Source: Basidiobolus meristosporus CBS 931.73
Lineage: Eukaryota; Fungi; Basidiobolomycota
NCBI GenBank assembly: GCA_002104905.1
Contig: MCFE01000807.1
Location: forward strand, 1 to 34,046
Direction of reading: 5' to 3'
DNA length: 34,046 nucleotides
Both the position numbers and the translations under genes were made by a program. Position 1 is the first letter of the stretch, and every line of letters starts with the position of its first letter. Shown piece by piece: positions 10,687-21,595 of this stretch. Under the pieces are notes generated by a model. That model was given only the letters and a program-made list of their open reading frames with translations, was not told where the DNA came from and searched no databases.

Positions 10687-12826
10687 AACGCCGAGGCGTC
10701 TAGATCAGTGAAGACTATTGGCCCACTCCCCTGACCGCTGATGGTTGCGGATTGATATAGATCGTAGATGACACCGATTGATGTGAAATCCATCCATAGG
10801 GCCAACAAATTACCCATCGTGCTCTGCATGCCAATACATCCTGCATGAAAAAAGATGTCGGTGCATCACAAGGTGAGCAGAAAGAAAACTCCAGGAGCCA
10901 TTCTTGTAGATGGGAAACACAGTGTGTGCTACCAGCTGCGCAGCCTTGGTTTCCCAACATTATGGAAACACATATGGCTGAATATGAAGTTTGTGGAGGT
11001 CCCTTGATCGAAATGGTATCTGGTATCCCACCACTGAGAAAATCCGGCCAATTCCGAGTGTGGAGTGACTCCTTAAGGAAAGGGTCTATTGAGACAAGGT
11101 TGCTATTTGATACATGCATTACACTAAATCCGACGATTTCTTGGGAACTTTTCTGATGTGCCCAAATCAGTTCTCTTCTGTCTCGTTACACCGGATGACT
11201 AGGCATTTAGCAGACTGCTACCCAGCACAAGGTTTCCATATATTGCCAGCAGAGAACTTGGTCATTGTCTGCATCGTTGCCGTAGCTACTGCGTCTTTCC
11301 ATGCATATTCGGGGGAAAATATGTACATCCGGGCGGACAAGACGCTCTGGGCGTGGGTATACCGATGTAACTGTAGGCAAGCATGAAAACCAGAAATGCC
11401 ATTACGAATTCCATTGTGTATTCATCGATATCGCTAAATCACTAGACATATATGTTCAAATTATTCTAGCAGGGTTTCAACTCTCCATCCTAATTCATCG
11501 GATTCGGGGTATGTGTATCAATGTACTCACCATTTGAGCCGTGGCACCTCGATGATGGTTTGAGATAACCTGAACTGGATACTGTTAATCCAAGGAATCC
11601 TTATTTTCGGCGATTACTAGGGAATATTACCTTATCCGTCTGGGCTTGATATCATCATATGATGTCGGTCCCGCTCAGAAAAGACCGCTGTGACGAAGAG
11701 ATTATACGGAGACGGCTCGTCAGTCTAGTCGGGCACCGCTGCTCTCCAGCTCTCCAGATGAGTGTTCAACCATCGAAAATGGAAATCCGCTGCCATTCGG
11801 CGAGGTGATTCGTTGCTTCGCGCATATTGTCGCAGGGCTCCAGCCATCGTGACTGGGATGCCTCTGCATCCATGGTAACTTCACTTGCCCGGTGAACACA
11901 GTTGCTTATCCCTGAACCACCTGATCAGAATTCGCCAACTGGTGAACGATGGCCACAAGGAAACTCCACACTAGACTATTCAAGCCCTACGACTACGCTC
12001 TGGCTGTTTATTGGCCCATGAGAAATCCGTATCCCGCCTGGATTCAGAGCATCGTTGTATACGTTGAGTGGGGGCCAATTATGGGAATGCACAAGTCAGA
12101 ATAGCTCTCCAATAAATTATCCCTTCCAAATGCGGCCATTGCATCACATGCTCTTTTATGGCTGCGCTTGTGCTATTCCAGTAAGTCCAGCGCGCTGATG
12201 CGATAGATTGATTGTGGGTGTAGTGTAGTGAAGTCTGTTACTGACTGTTGGGAAGGTTTCTATGCATATTTAATCGATACAAGTGTGCTTAATCCATTGG
12301 TATGACTTCGTTGGATGGTTTTTACCACCTGATGAGCATGCTTCGGGGGATTCTATTGGTGGGATGTTTGTACCATGACAGATCTTATGGGGCAATGTTG
12401 CAAGCGACCCACCTCATACAAATCATCGCTTGTGATAGAGTTGCAGTATCTTTGCCAGAGCGCAGGCACTGCATTAGTCAGGATTGCTAAATATAAACAC
12501 TTGACCACACACAGCATCCTCGTAATAGCCCTTGGCAACAGGGTGCTGGCCACCGAGATAGGCGCCTTCATGTAGGCTAGCGTAGGCCATTGATACAGCT
12601 GGCCAGGCTAACGTCTCCTTGAATCTCAGGTCACGGATGTTCTGAACAGATGGAGATTAGGTGGAACCACTCTGGCAAAATGAAGAAACCATTTATTTGT
12701 TAGCCAGCTGGTAAATGATTAGTACTTTCAGTGAGCAAAAGTTGGGTAATTTCGTGTAACAGAGCTGTAATCGTCATAACGTGTGAGCAACTACCAATAA
12801 CGGGATTTTTTAAAAGCGAACTCTTC

Positions 12827-12833
12827 TATATAA
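12827..12833 (+). promoter_or_regulatory. TATA-like box upstream of zinc-finger gene 1
   Basis: TATATAA ending ~159 bp upstream of ATG 12992. Confidence 0.5.
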
Positions 12834-12991
12834 GCAATGTGTTCTTCATGTATCCGTTTGATTTCAAATAGATGGTGGCGACTTCATATCTTTTGAATCT
12901 CTGCGCTGCCCACTCCTTGTTTGCCATCTATACTAGTTTCCTCCGTTTTCAATAGTCAATCCCCCTGAGGAGTTCGTTTTGCTGGGTGACG

Positions 12992-13891
12992 ATGGATCCC
13001 CCCAACAAGTCGCCTCAAACTGGGACCGGATGGATTAATTTGCCGCGTCCGTATGCGTTGGACTCAAGCTCTCATGGATGCATCAACAAACGTCTGGTAG
13101 GCCCAGAGCCCTTCGCACTCGACCACTCCTCACGAGCAGGGCTGATATCTACCCACAGAATGACTGGGTCATCGGAGAATGGAGCCGACAGGCCGTTGAA
13201 AACGTACCTTGGCCCAAGTACCGAAGATAGCCTTCATTCGTGGCGTGACTTCAGCTCGTCCAAGTTAGAGCAGAGTCTAGTACGGAAAAAATCGACCATT
13301 TCCGAGTGTAGAGAGACCCCTAATTTTCAGCATCACAACAAAATCTCCACCACTCCAAAAGTAAGTAATATCCATCAACTGCTGAACAGCCAGGGGCCTT
13401 CTGACGGCCCGGGCCGTAGCGAAATGACTTACGTTGACTCGAAGCAGAGCGTGAATTCGGCTGATCGACACCATCAAGCTTTGTACAATCCTAGTATGCA
13501 GGATTCGCTTCCACATTTCCATCCGTATCTTGGTGCTGCTCGAGATCCAAGCCGAGCGACGGGGCATACTACTGAGCCCCATCCGCCATATTACTTTGAT
13601 CCCAATAGTATCACCGCCAAAGCGGCACACCTTCAGGCCTATGGCTATCGCCAGGTAGGCCTGTTAGATAGCAAAAATCACCCCTGCGATTTTCCCGGAT
13701 GTACCATGCGATTCAAACGATTGGAGCATCTGAAGCGCCATTACAGAGTTCACACTCTGGAAAAACCATTTGTATGTTCTCATGAGGGATGTGGCAAAGC
13801 GTTCTCTCGAAGCGACAACCTCAACCAGCATCTCAAAACTCATGAACGCCGAGCCCAGAAGCAGAGTCAGTACAAGATCTTGAAATCGTAG
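12992..13891 (+). CDS. C2H2 zinc-finger transcription factor (two C-terminal Ste12/Msn2-type fingers), paralog 1; intronless
   Basis: ORF with first ATG at 12992. Fingers [23 protein letters not shown], linker [29 protein letters not shown]. Low-complexity Ser/Pro-rich N-terminus; no STE homeodomain. Confidence 0.92.
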   Translation: MDPPNKSPQTGTGWINLPRPYALDSSSHGCINKRLVGPEPFALDHSSRAGLISTHRMTGSSENGADRPLKTYLGPSTEDSLHSWRDFSSSKLEQSLVRKKSTISECRETPNFQHHNKISTTPKVSNIHQLLNSQGPSDGPGRSEMTYVDSKQSVNSADRHHQALYNPSMQDSLPHFHPYLGAARDPSRATGHTTEPHPPYYFDPNSITAKAAHLQAYGYRQVGLLDSKNHPCDFPGCTMRFKRLEHLKRHYRVHTLEKPFVCSHEGCGKAFSRSDNLNQHLKTHERRAQKQSQYKILKS

Positions 13892-16488
13892 CATCGACAG
13901 GGTTTTTTTGTAGACTAATGGTTCAGGAGTGCCTCAGGCTGCCCCATGTTTATATGATTTCTTAACTAATTTATTTCATTCGTGTATACTTCATTTTTTT
14001 GGCTGTTTTCTATCTACCGCTACGTATGTACTCTTCCCCCCGTACCGTGTGTCACACCTAACCGTGTTGAGTCACCACAAGGGGGGTGATTGATTTTGGT
14101 TGGGACCTGGTGCTTCGGCAATAACGCTGAGACTTTTTCCTTGGCAAGCTGTAGAGAACTTTGCGCGTCCGTTATTCATGTTGCTCGGACCTTCGTAATA
14201 AAGCTTTGTACTCTGGTATGAAATGTGATGTCGGCATAGGCAGTGCCTATTTTGTCTGGAGATATATGCATTATGCATGTATACTGAGGTGGATACCTTT
14301 ATTGTTGAAGTTGGACTAAAATTACATTTGGGTATGCCTCTAGTCAAAGGGGATAATTCCCAGTGAAATATACCGCTGCTCTGAATCCGCCAAGGAGCAC
14401 CATAGCCCTGAGTGTGGGGGAAAGTATAATATACTCCTTTAAATGAAGCTTCCATCAAACATCCAAAGGGCATCTAGTAATAGATCATTTACATTAATAC
14501 CAGAAACTTTTTTCTGCTGAGGAGGGAGCTACATTCACACCAACTGAAGTTGCTTGAGATTCTCTCCATCAAGAGTAAAGGAATATTTAATCAGCACTTG
14601 CTTTATGTTGAAGTGGTCAAGTGCAAAAAATGACTTGGGTCTGATAGAGCATACTAAAGCAGCTCCAAGTGCCAAATTGTGGGAGGGGAAATGTATTATG
14701 GTGATTGGTGCATTGGCAATGGCGCCACCACTACAATAATGAGTGGAAGTGCTTATAAGATAAGATTATCTTCATCGGATCGTATCAATCACCACAATTG
14801 GATTTAATTACCAGGATATCGTGTTACTGGCAGCACTACTGGCTCTAATAGTATGGAAAAGATTGGTACTCTATCATTTTCTGGCCAATCGTAGAGGTTG
14901 ACTTGATCAAATATCCGTAAAATTTGATGGACCAAATATGGACGTGGATGGAAACGCCAAGGACTTCGGGATCCCTCTTCCACGATCCACACCAATCCCT
15001 ACATTCTTGTACATAGAAAGGACACTCTTTCAAGATAGGCTTGCTGACCGCATTCTCATCGCGGTTGGTTGTTTATTGGATTGGCGGGTAGTTTCACTAA
15101 GCCATGGATACCAATTAATTTAGCAGTATAAGGTGAGATATGCTTCCACAAACAACTGGCGGTTCAAGTTGACCGTACCCAGGACCATACCGTCTTTGGG
15201 ATTACTAGGAAGTATTACTAACTAGATGGTGTCATCGAGGCAGCGCCTGAATGGTGGAAACGTTGGATTTGAGAAGGAGCTCAAGCAAATCTGGATATTG
15301 CCCTTACAGGTCCATTCCGAGCTCTTGGTGGTCGGGAGGGTGAAGATCGTAGCTACCATATAGGATCAAATCCACTCAGTAGTCACCCCAATTCGACCTT
15401 GGGTTCTCACGATGGCTTGTTTTCACGCAGTCCAAAACGGTCGGATGAATTTGGTTAAATTGGTTGTAGATTAAGAAGACCTGGGCTGCTGCTGTCACCG
15501 CCGATAGCGAGAGCCGCCTGGCCGCCCTGGATTGGCTTGGTCTGCCTCCGAGGATTGCGAAGACGAACCCTTTTCGGGGACCCTCTATTGCATAGGGAGC
15601 TTCCGACACCGGAGTGACGTAGGCGCTTGGATCATGTTCCCCAGGAACTCTGGTTCTGGTGAGGTGGACAGTAGGGAGCTATGTTTGGGAATGTTTTGGA
15701 CACAGATGTGACTGCTCCGAGTACGCCCTCAATACACAGATGCTGTTTGCTGATAAAATACCCGAATACTGCATCGGATGTAGTTGAAAAGGTGATATTG
15801 TCTTGTGAAGCGTATGAAAATGAGATTCCGCTGCGATTGGCTGGCGTGGGCAATGGTGTCATCTGGATATCTAAGATCTTGGGCATGCATGGCATAGCCA
15901 ACTTCAGGTTCACGTTCCCCATGCATCCGCTTGTCCTCGCAAACCATTTCGTGGGGAAGAGCACCTGTGAGGGAATACAGCATCCAGTCTGGTCCAAGGT
16001 GCGATGCCTAGCTCGCATATTGTTTGGGGCGGGCGGGTCACGTGGGATGTGAAGATGTCTGGTGCAGAAGGTGAGTGGATCAAATGGGTGCCATTACCTG
16101 ATGAAGCCTCATGGGCATTTAAAGAATGGCGGCGAGCAGGCGTTCTCGAGATTGGGACCAACGCGTATCTAAGCAGATAAGTAGATCCATACCGATTGTA
16201 GAACTTCTCGAAGGTTACCAAATTTATTCTTTCCGCAAAGTACAACGTGTGGTGACTGATTATCAGGCCCAAGACCTAGAGATCCAACTGTGTGCTTTCG
16301 CCGGTACCGGTAATTGGTACCTCATTCTAAGGCGATATAGGGGGAGGATTGTTCACCATCTGACAATAGACAATGGATACATTTGAAGTGGATTGGCCTG
16401 ATCGCTAGACGAACTACTATATTACATTAACATCGATCAAATACAAGATATCTAACATGTGAAAATATTGCATAGGTTGATAGGTCAA

Positions 16489-17373
16489 CTACGGGTTGGG
16501 CTGCTGAAGCTGTTCCTGCCGCTGTATCCGGCGTTCATGGGTTTTGAGGTGTTGACCGAGATTGTCCCGTCGAGAGAATGTCTTCTCACACCCCTTGTGG
16601 GTGCAGGCATAGGGGCGCTCCAGCGTGTGCACTCGAAAATGCCGTTTGAGGTGCTCCAAACGCTTGAAGCGCATGTAACAGCCGGGGTATTGGCAAACGT
16701 GGTTTTTGACCTTGGTCAGATTGGAGTAGCTATGCGAATTTGGATACTGTTGGTAGTAGCCGGGGTGGTACTGCCCTTGCATCTCGGGGTTAGCAATGAA
16801 CGACACCGCTCGTGGATGATACATATCTCTTGAGCTACCCAGGTACGGATGGTAGTTGCCCTTCATCATGCTAGGAGGCAGAACATCCGGGACGAATGAC
16901 ATATAGGTGGAGGGTTGAGGGAATGTGTTGGTGATCTTATTTGCCCGGTGCTCGTCGCAGGGAGGCAGGATCATTGCATCCTTGGCCACGCTATCTTCGT
17001 GGTTTAGAAGCTTGTGGATGTCACTCACTTTCGAAATGGCACTATCCGAGCTCCCACCATAGCAGATGGGGGATTTCCCCTTGTGGCAAACAATTGGGCT
17101 GGAAAATGCGCTACTACTTTCGCTCTCTGCAGATGAGTGTCTCCCGCTAGGAGGCTCCGATGGAAAATCTGTTGATTGGTGGATAGGCCGAGGACTTCTC
17201 CAATCATCTACATTGTTGATGCAATAGTCAGGTAGTTGGATCTTTTGCTGGGTGTGTGGGTTTTGAGGGTTAGAATAAGCCACATGGCCACCTGGACTTG
17301 ATTGGCCTTGGGGCATACTATAGCTCACAAACGAGTACTTTTGTTCGCTTGCAAAGGTGTCAGATGGAGCCAT
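16489..17373 (-). CDS. C2H2 zinc-finger transcription factor (two C-terminal Ste12/Msn2-type fingers), paralog 2; intronless
   Basis: ORF with first ATG at 17373. Fingers [23 protein letters not shown], linker [29 protein letters not shown]. Shares KVS(N/D)IH(Q/K)LLN and (F/Y)HPYLG-x-x-RD motifs with paralog 1. Confidence 0.92.
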   Translation of the reverse strand: MAPSDTFASEQKYSFVSYSMPQGQSSPGGHVAYSNPQNPHTQQKIQLPDYCINNVDDWRSPRPIHQSTDFPSEPPSGRHSSAESESSSAFSSPIVCHKGKSPICYGGSSDSAISKVSDIHKLLNHEDSVAKDAMILPPCDEHRANKITNTFPQPSTYMSFVPDVLPPSMMKGNYHPYLGSSRDMYHPRAVSFIANPEMQGQYHPGYYQQYPNSHSYSNLTKVKNHVCQYPGCYMRFKRLEHLKRHFRVHTLERPYACTHKGCEKTFSRRDNLGQHLKTHERRIQRQEQLQQPNP

Positions 17374-17532
17374 GTTTAGGGCAGAATGGTGTACTAGTCG
17401 ACTGTTCAATGGAATCTATAAAAACAACTCGCTTAACAGTGAAGATCGGGCGCAGGCTGGTAACAGAGAAGAAAGAAAAGGAGGAAGAAAATAGAATATC
17501 GGATACAGTTGAAAGGGTCCACTCAGTAGATG

Positions 17533-17544
17533 TTTATATATATA
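17533..17544 (-). promoter_or_regulatory. TATA box upstream of zinc-finger gene 2
   Basis: Minus strand reads TATATATATAAA, ending ~160 bp upstream of ATG 17373. Confidence 0.5.
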
Positions 17545-19289
17545 GCCAAACGATGTATCTGATCGTCACACTATCTCTCAGGGAGGCCATCTAAGGCAAG
17601 GTCAGAGATCCTATAGAATTAGCAACCATTTAAATCACAAGTATAACCTTAAAGCCGCCATTTCCTATGACTCAGTAGTGGCTTCCAAATGAGGAGAAAA
17701 ACTACAATGCCTCTGCCGTTCCATTGCATCGAATATTCCCGGCCAAGGTGGACTGAACGGATACCCTAGGATACGCAAGAGTGGGAGGATGGATATAGTA
17801 ACTATGTCATCCATTGGCACCCTTGGCAAGAAAATCCGGCGCAACCATGAATTGGTCATTTGATGGAGCGCTGTTTTTGTAGGGAAATTTGCGATGGCCT
17901 ATAAGAAGCAACCTGAAAGGTATCACGCCTGATTCGATTTCATTGATTGGTACCCATTTTCTACACATGAGGTGCAATCCTAGGATTCAAGCCATTTGTC
18001 CTTCCTGTTGTACAATTTCACAGCAGAGTGGTCTTATTAGATGATCAGGGAATCAGGAATACCAGTGATATTTAGATGTCCAAATATATCCGAGCTAACC
18101 AACTATATGCTAGGCATGGCGAGGAGTGAGATCACCTCCGTTGTTGTTCAACATCTATGAGTGGCCATGGCGAATCCAATTGGTGCATGGTGTGAGATAT
18201 CAGTATTACGACGTCTATCAAATGTCTCCACCGTGAGGGCAGTTCGAGGATGTTAGCGAGGCCAATCAAATTTCGATGCACATGCAGATGGTTACTCAAG
18301 GGATGTTGCTACTGTGTTGTGCTATTGGCGGTCTGGAAGAAATCAAGTTGGACCTTGTTCATACTTGCATTGGGATGCCCTCAAAGGGATGCAGTAAACT
18401 TCTCGGCCTTCGAGGTGGCTACACTTGACATCATTCGGAAACGCATTTGGTAGCAGTGCAATCCTCGGGCCTATTCTCCATCCTCAATCACCAACATACC
18501 CAGACTGAAACTGATATCCTGTTTTGTCTCAGCTCACTTCCCTGATCTCAATTAAACTTTGGTTTGTAAAACGGACTTGTCCCGCTCAGATTAGCTGAGG
18601 CCTATTTTATCGAAGATAAATAGATAATCTGAATGCCCGGCCCGAATGAGGTGGCCTAATGTGAGTGTCGAGTAAGACTGACTTTGTAGTTCCGTACACA
18701 GGGATCCGAACTTTACAAATGCGTACTTTTTCCACCGCTTTCACACTCTAGATCTCGGACACCCGTAGGAAATAGGCGCGTTGCATCTTACCCATGTCAC
18801 AAGTAGCTCATTTGGTCATCCCTTTCCGAGTCCACTGGTGGTCAGATACGGGTCGCATCTTCGCCACCGAGGCACTCTAGGGTGAACAAACCATCTTGGT
18901 TGCCTGTCTGGGCCACGTTTGGGACGGTTTGGAGTGTGAGTGACAATCAAGGAGTCTGGTAGGCTACCCGGGAGTAGGGAAATACGGTACGTGGGAACTG
19001 GACATTTGCCAATACATAGTTCCCCAATTTCCGCTAGGCATGGTAACATCATAACGCGAATCAGTGATCAAACATACCACTACATATTCGGATGATTCTT
19101 ATTTGAAATATGCCGAAAGGTGTGAGAGATTGAAGTTATACTGGTTCGTGTGCTTCCCACTACATTTCTCAGGTTAAACACGCACAAAGCAGCTTTGGGA
19201 ATCTTCCTGTAGATATGCCATGAATCGACTGGTCTGTTCCATTAGTCTGCGAAACTTTGATCTCGCAAGTTTGCCCCATCTACGCAAAG

Positions 19290-19995
19290 TCAAGAGCCAA
19301 CAAAGCACTAATATAAAGGGCTTGGCCTTATGAGCTGGACTTCAGTAGGTGCAGTCATCTTTAGGAGTTTGGGTGTTTAATTGTACAGGAAAGGTACTAG
19401 GATATATGGGAAATAAATCATTGGGTTGTCATTATTTCTTCTGAGATGGTCTTCATGTTATCTTTAGAATTGGGCCCATCCTTCAGTATCAACCATGCTC
19501 CTAACTTCAATAAAGCAGCTCTACCTGGCTTTGCAGTATCCTCAGAAATACACTATGAAAGGGAGCAGTCCTGTAGAGAATACTGCTATAGGCATAGTAA
19601 TCAAATCTTGCTCTCAATAGGAAATAAAAATACCCATGTACGTCTTTACATACAGTCTAGTACCCCAAGAAAAAAGCCCAACTGAAGTCCAGCAGAATAC
19701 CATGATAATATCAGCAGAATTCCAAGCTTCACTATACTTACAATTATCAATATCTTAGGTTCTAGCTACTTGGCAGACATGAAGACATAGTTTCTAGGAG
19801 GAGGCTAGGCTAAAAACTTTCCAGGAGGAGACTAGGCTAACGAGCATTCATGCCAAACTTGGTAATAATCTACTCACTACTTCCACGAAGATTTACAAAT
19901 AAAAATTTGAAGGAATAACACCAGCTGAATGCCAGCAAAATACCATTGGAATACCAGCTGAATACCGGCACATTATCAGAAGAATTCCAAGTATG
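19290..19995 (+). repeat. Degenerate LTR/transposon-derived fragment related to the copia LTR region at 30.6 and 31.4 kb
   Basis: 19689-19779 aligns ungapped to 30599-30689 (68/91 matches by manual count). 19818-19925 aligns to 31403-31509 inside the LTR (roughly three-quarters identical by eye). Internal short repeats (TTTCyAGGAGGAG-CTAGGCTA twice; CCAGCwGAATrCC several times). No CpG between 19285 and 19640. Confidence 0.75.
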
Positions 19996-21595
19996 AGATT
20001 TTTCATAGGGTATACATGGACGATCTACAGTAAATAGTGTGTACTGTGCAGAGTAGTTTTGTAGATACCAGGTGAGAATCTTACGGTCCGTCCATAAAAT
20101 ACCTAGGCGTTTTGAGAACATTGAAAGCAAGTAGGAGTATAGCTGTGGTAAAGAGGTACGGTCACCAGTTTTAGTGCAGGTTTAGATATTATGCTAGCAA
20201 CATATCAAGCGGATTTGGGATTTACTTTAGACAACGAGATGACAGGCTCTGAACCTGGCCCAACTGCGAATCACTGTTAATGTCTGAAGGGATACGTGAA
20301 GTAGCACTAGGCCATTTTCTATGTGCAGTAACATGTAACACCGCATCAAATAAGCCGCTCTGTTTCGGTTATGTAGAACATTATTCAACATTCATAAGTT
20401 CCCTACAGTTGACCCTCCACAATTAACCAGCTCAAGGGAAATGGTATTCTAATCGAATCCCTGAAGTCTAAATTTGTTCAACGAAAGTTGACATTATTGG
20501 TAATGACATATTCCCCGGCCCCATCACTCCGATTAGCAATACCGGCCAGTCAACAAATAACATTACCCTACATATACTGGATTCTCGCTGTAGATCAACA
20601 TACTAAGTAGAATATATAGCCAATTATGAGTGGCTACCAAGAGGATGTAACAACATATGCACAGTATGACCTGGCCAAGCAGGGGAGTGTATTAGTTATC
20701 AACGATCATGTCACGTGCAGTCGTGGACCGACAACTGCAACCAGGGAATGATCATAAGCGAAATTTCAGCGTATCAATGTAAAGGCTAAAAGTAAATCTT
20801 GTTTAAACCTAATCTAGATTCTCGATTACATAACTGGCCTACTGATAAGCTTTGCATAATAGAATTGTGGGGATAATTAGCCGCTATCAAGAGTAACATG
20901 CACCCAATGGAAGTGGTGATGCCTTATCAAGACCGTATGGGAAAATATCATTGGCCTACGGTCAACGTTGTTCTGAGCGGCCATATGGGAAGTGCACCAC
21001 CTGCACTGAGATATGGGCGCCCAATGCATCGTGCTAACGGAAAATATGCATGACTCACCGATATAGAGAAGAGGCCACCAATGGGAGCCACTGAACCACG
21101 CAGCGTCCAGCTAATTTTGTGCGGGCAGTATCCCATCTCTTCAACCTGCTAATCTTATTAATATGCCGGATCTCGTGCATGCATGTTCTCAGGTTGATCT
21201 AGTATAGTCCCCGAAGATATCCATATCCATAGGCAGTGATGTTTCCATATAGCGTAGATCATCTATCTGATCAATGTGGCGATATCAAATGTTGGTAAAT
21301 CCTGCCTAATTTAATGATACCTGGATTCCTGTGAACTGTTGTTACTGCTAGAAAGACTGTCCGCTTAAATCATGCTTGCTAAGCCAAGTAGGGCCGATTG
21401 GATCTTAGCTTTCAATTGGGCTTCGTGCCATTCAACATCAAGGCCATATACAGTATCACTGCGTGTAATCGATTTACAACCGCATCCTGGTTGATAAAAA
21501 CTCTGGAGTGACCCATCTTTCACTTCTTATTCCATATATTACAAACCACTTTCACTTTTTATTCAATACATTGCAAACCACACTCACTTCTCCCA

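Noticed and set aside
10985-11045. CGGPLIEMVSGIPPL resembling protein-kinase subdomain IX
   Set aside because: No HRD, DFG or APE motifs in adjacent frames; a single weak motif is insufficient.
12992-17373. Interpreting the transcription-factor pair as a mating-type locus
   Set aside because: No HMG-box, homeodomain or alpha-box gene, and none of the TPT/RNA-helicase flanking genes of the mucoralean sex locus; the paralogs are not idiomorphs.
13277-17594. Antisense or alternative-frame ORFs over the zinc-finger genes (13277-13630, 13664-13894, 16459-16833, 16941-17150, 17298-17594)
   Set aside because: Explained by the sense-strand genes; no recognisable domains.
18682-18720. Imperfect hairpin TTTGTAGTTC...GAACTTTACAAA
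   Set aside because: Short, bulged stem with no partner copies or associated element.
19793-19995. Short direct repeats suggestive of a CRISPR-like array
   Set aside because: Only 2-3 degenerate copies with irregular spacing, in eukaryotic context and homologous to LTR sequence.
20715-20722. GTCACGTG E-box (Pho4/Cbf1-like) ~880 bp upstream of VIP1
   Set aside because: A single 8-mer, also present at ~16038 with no context; expected by chance in 34 kb.
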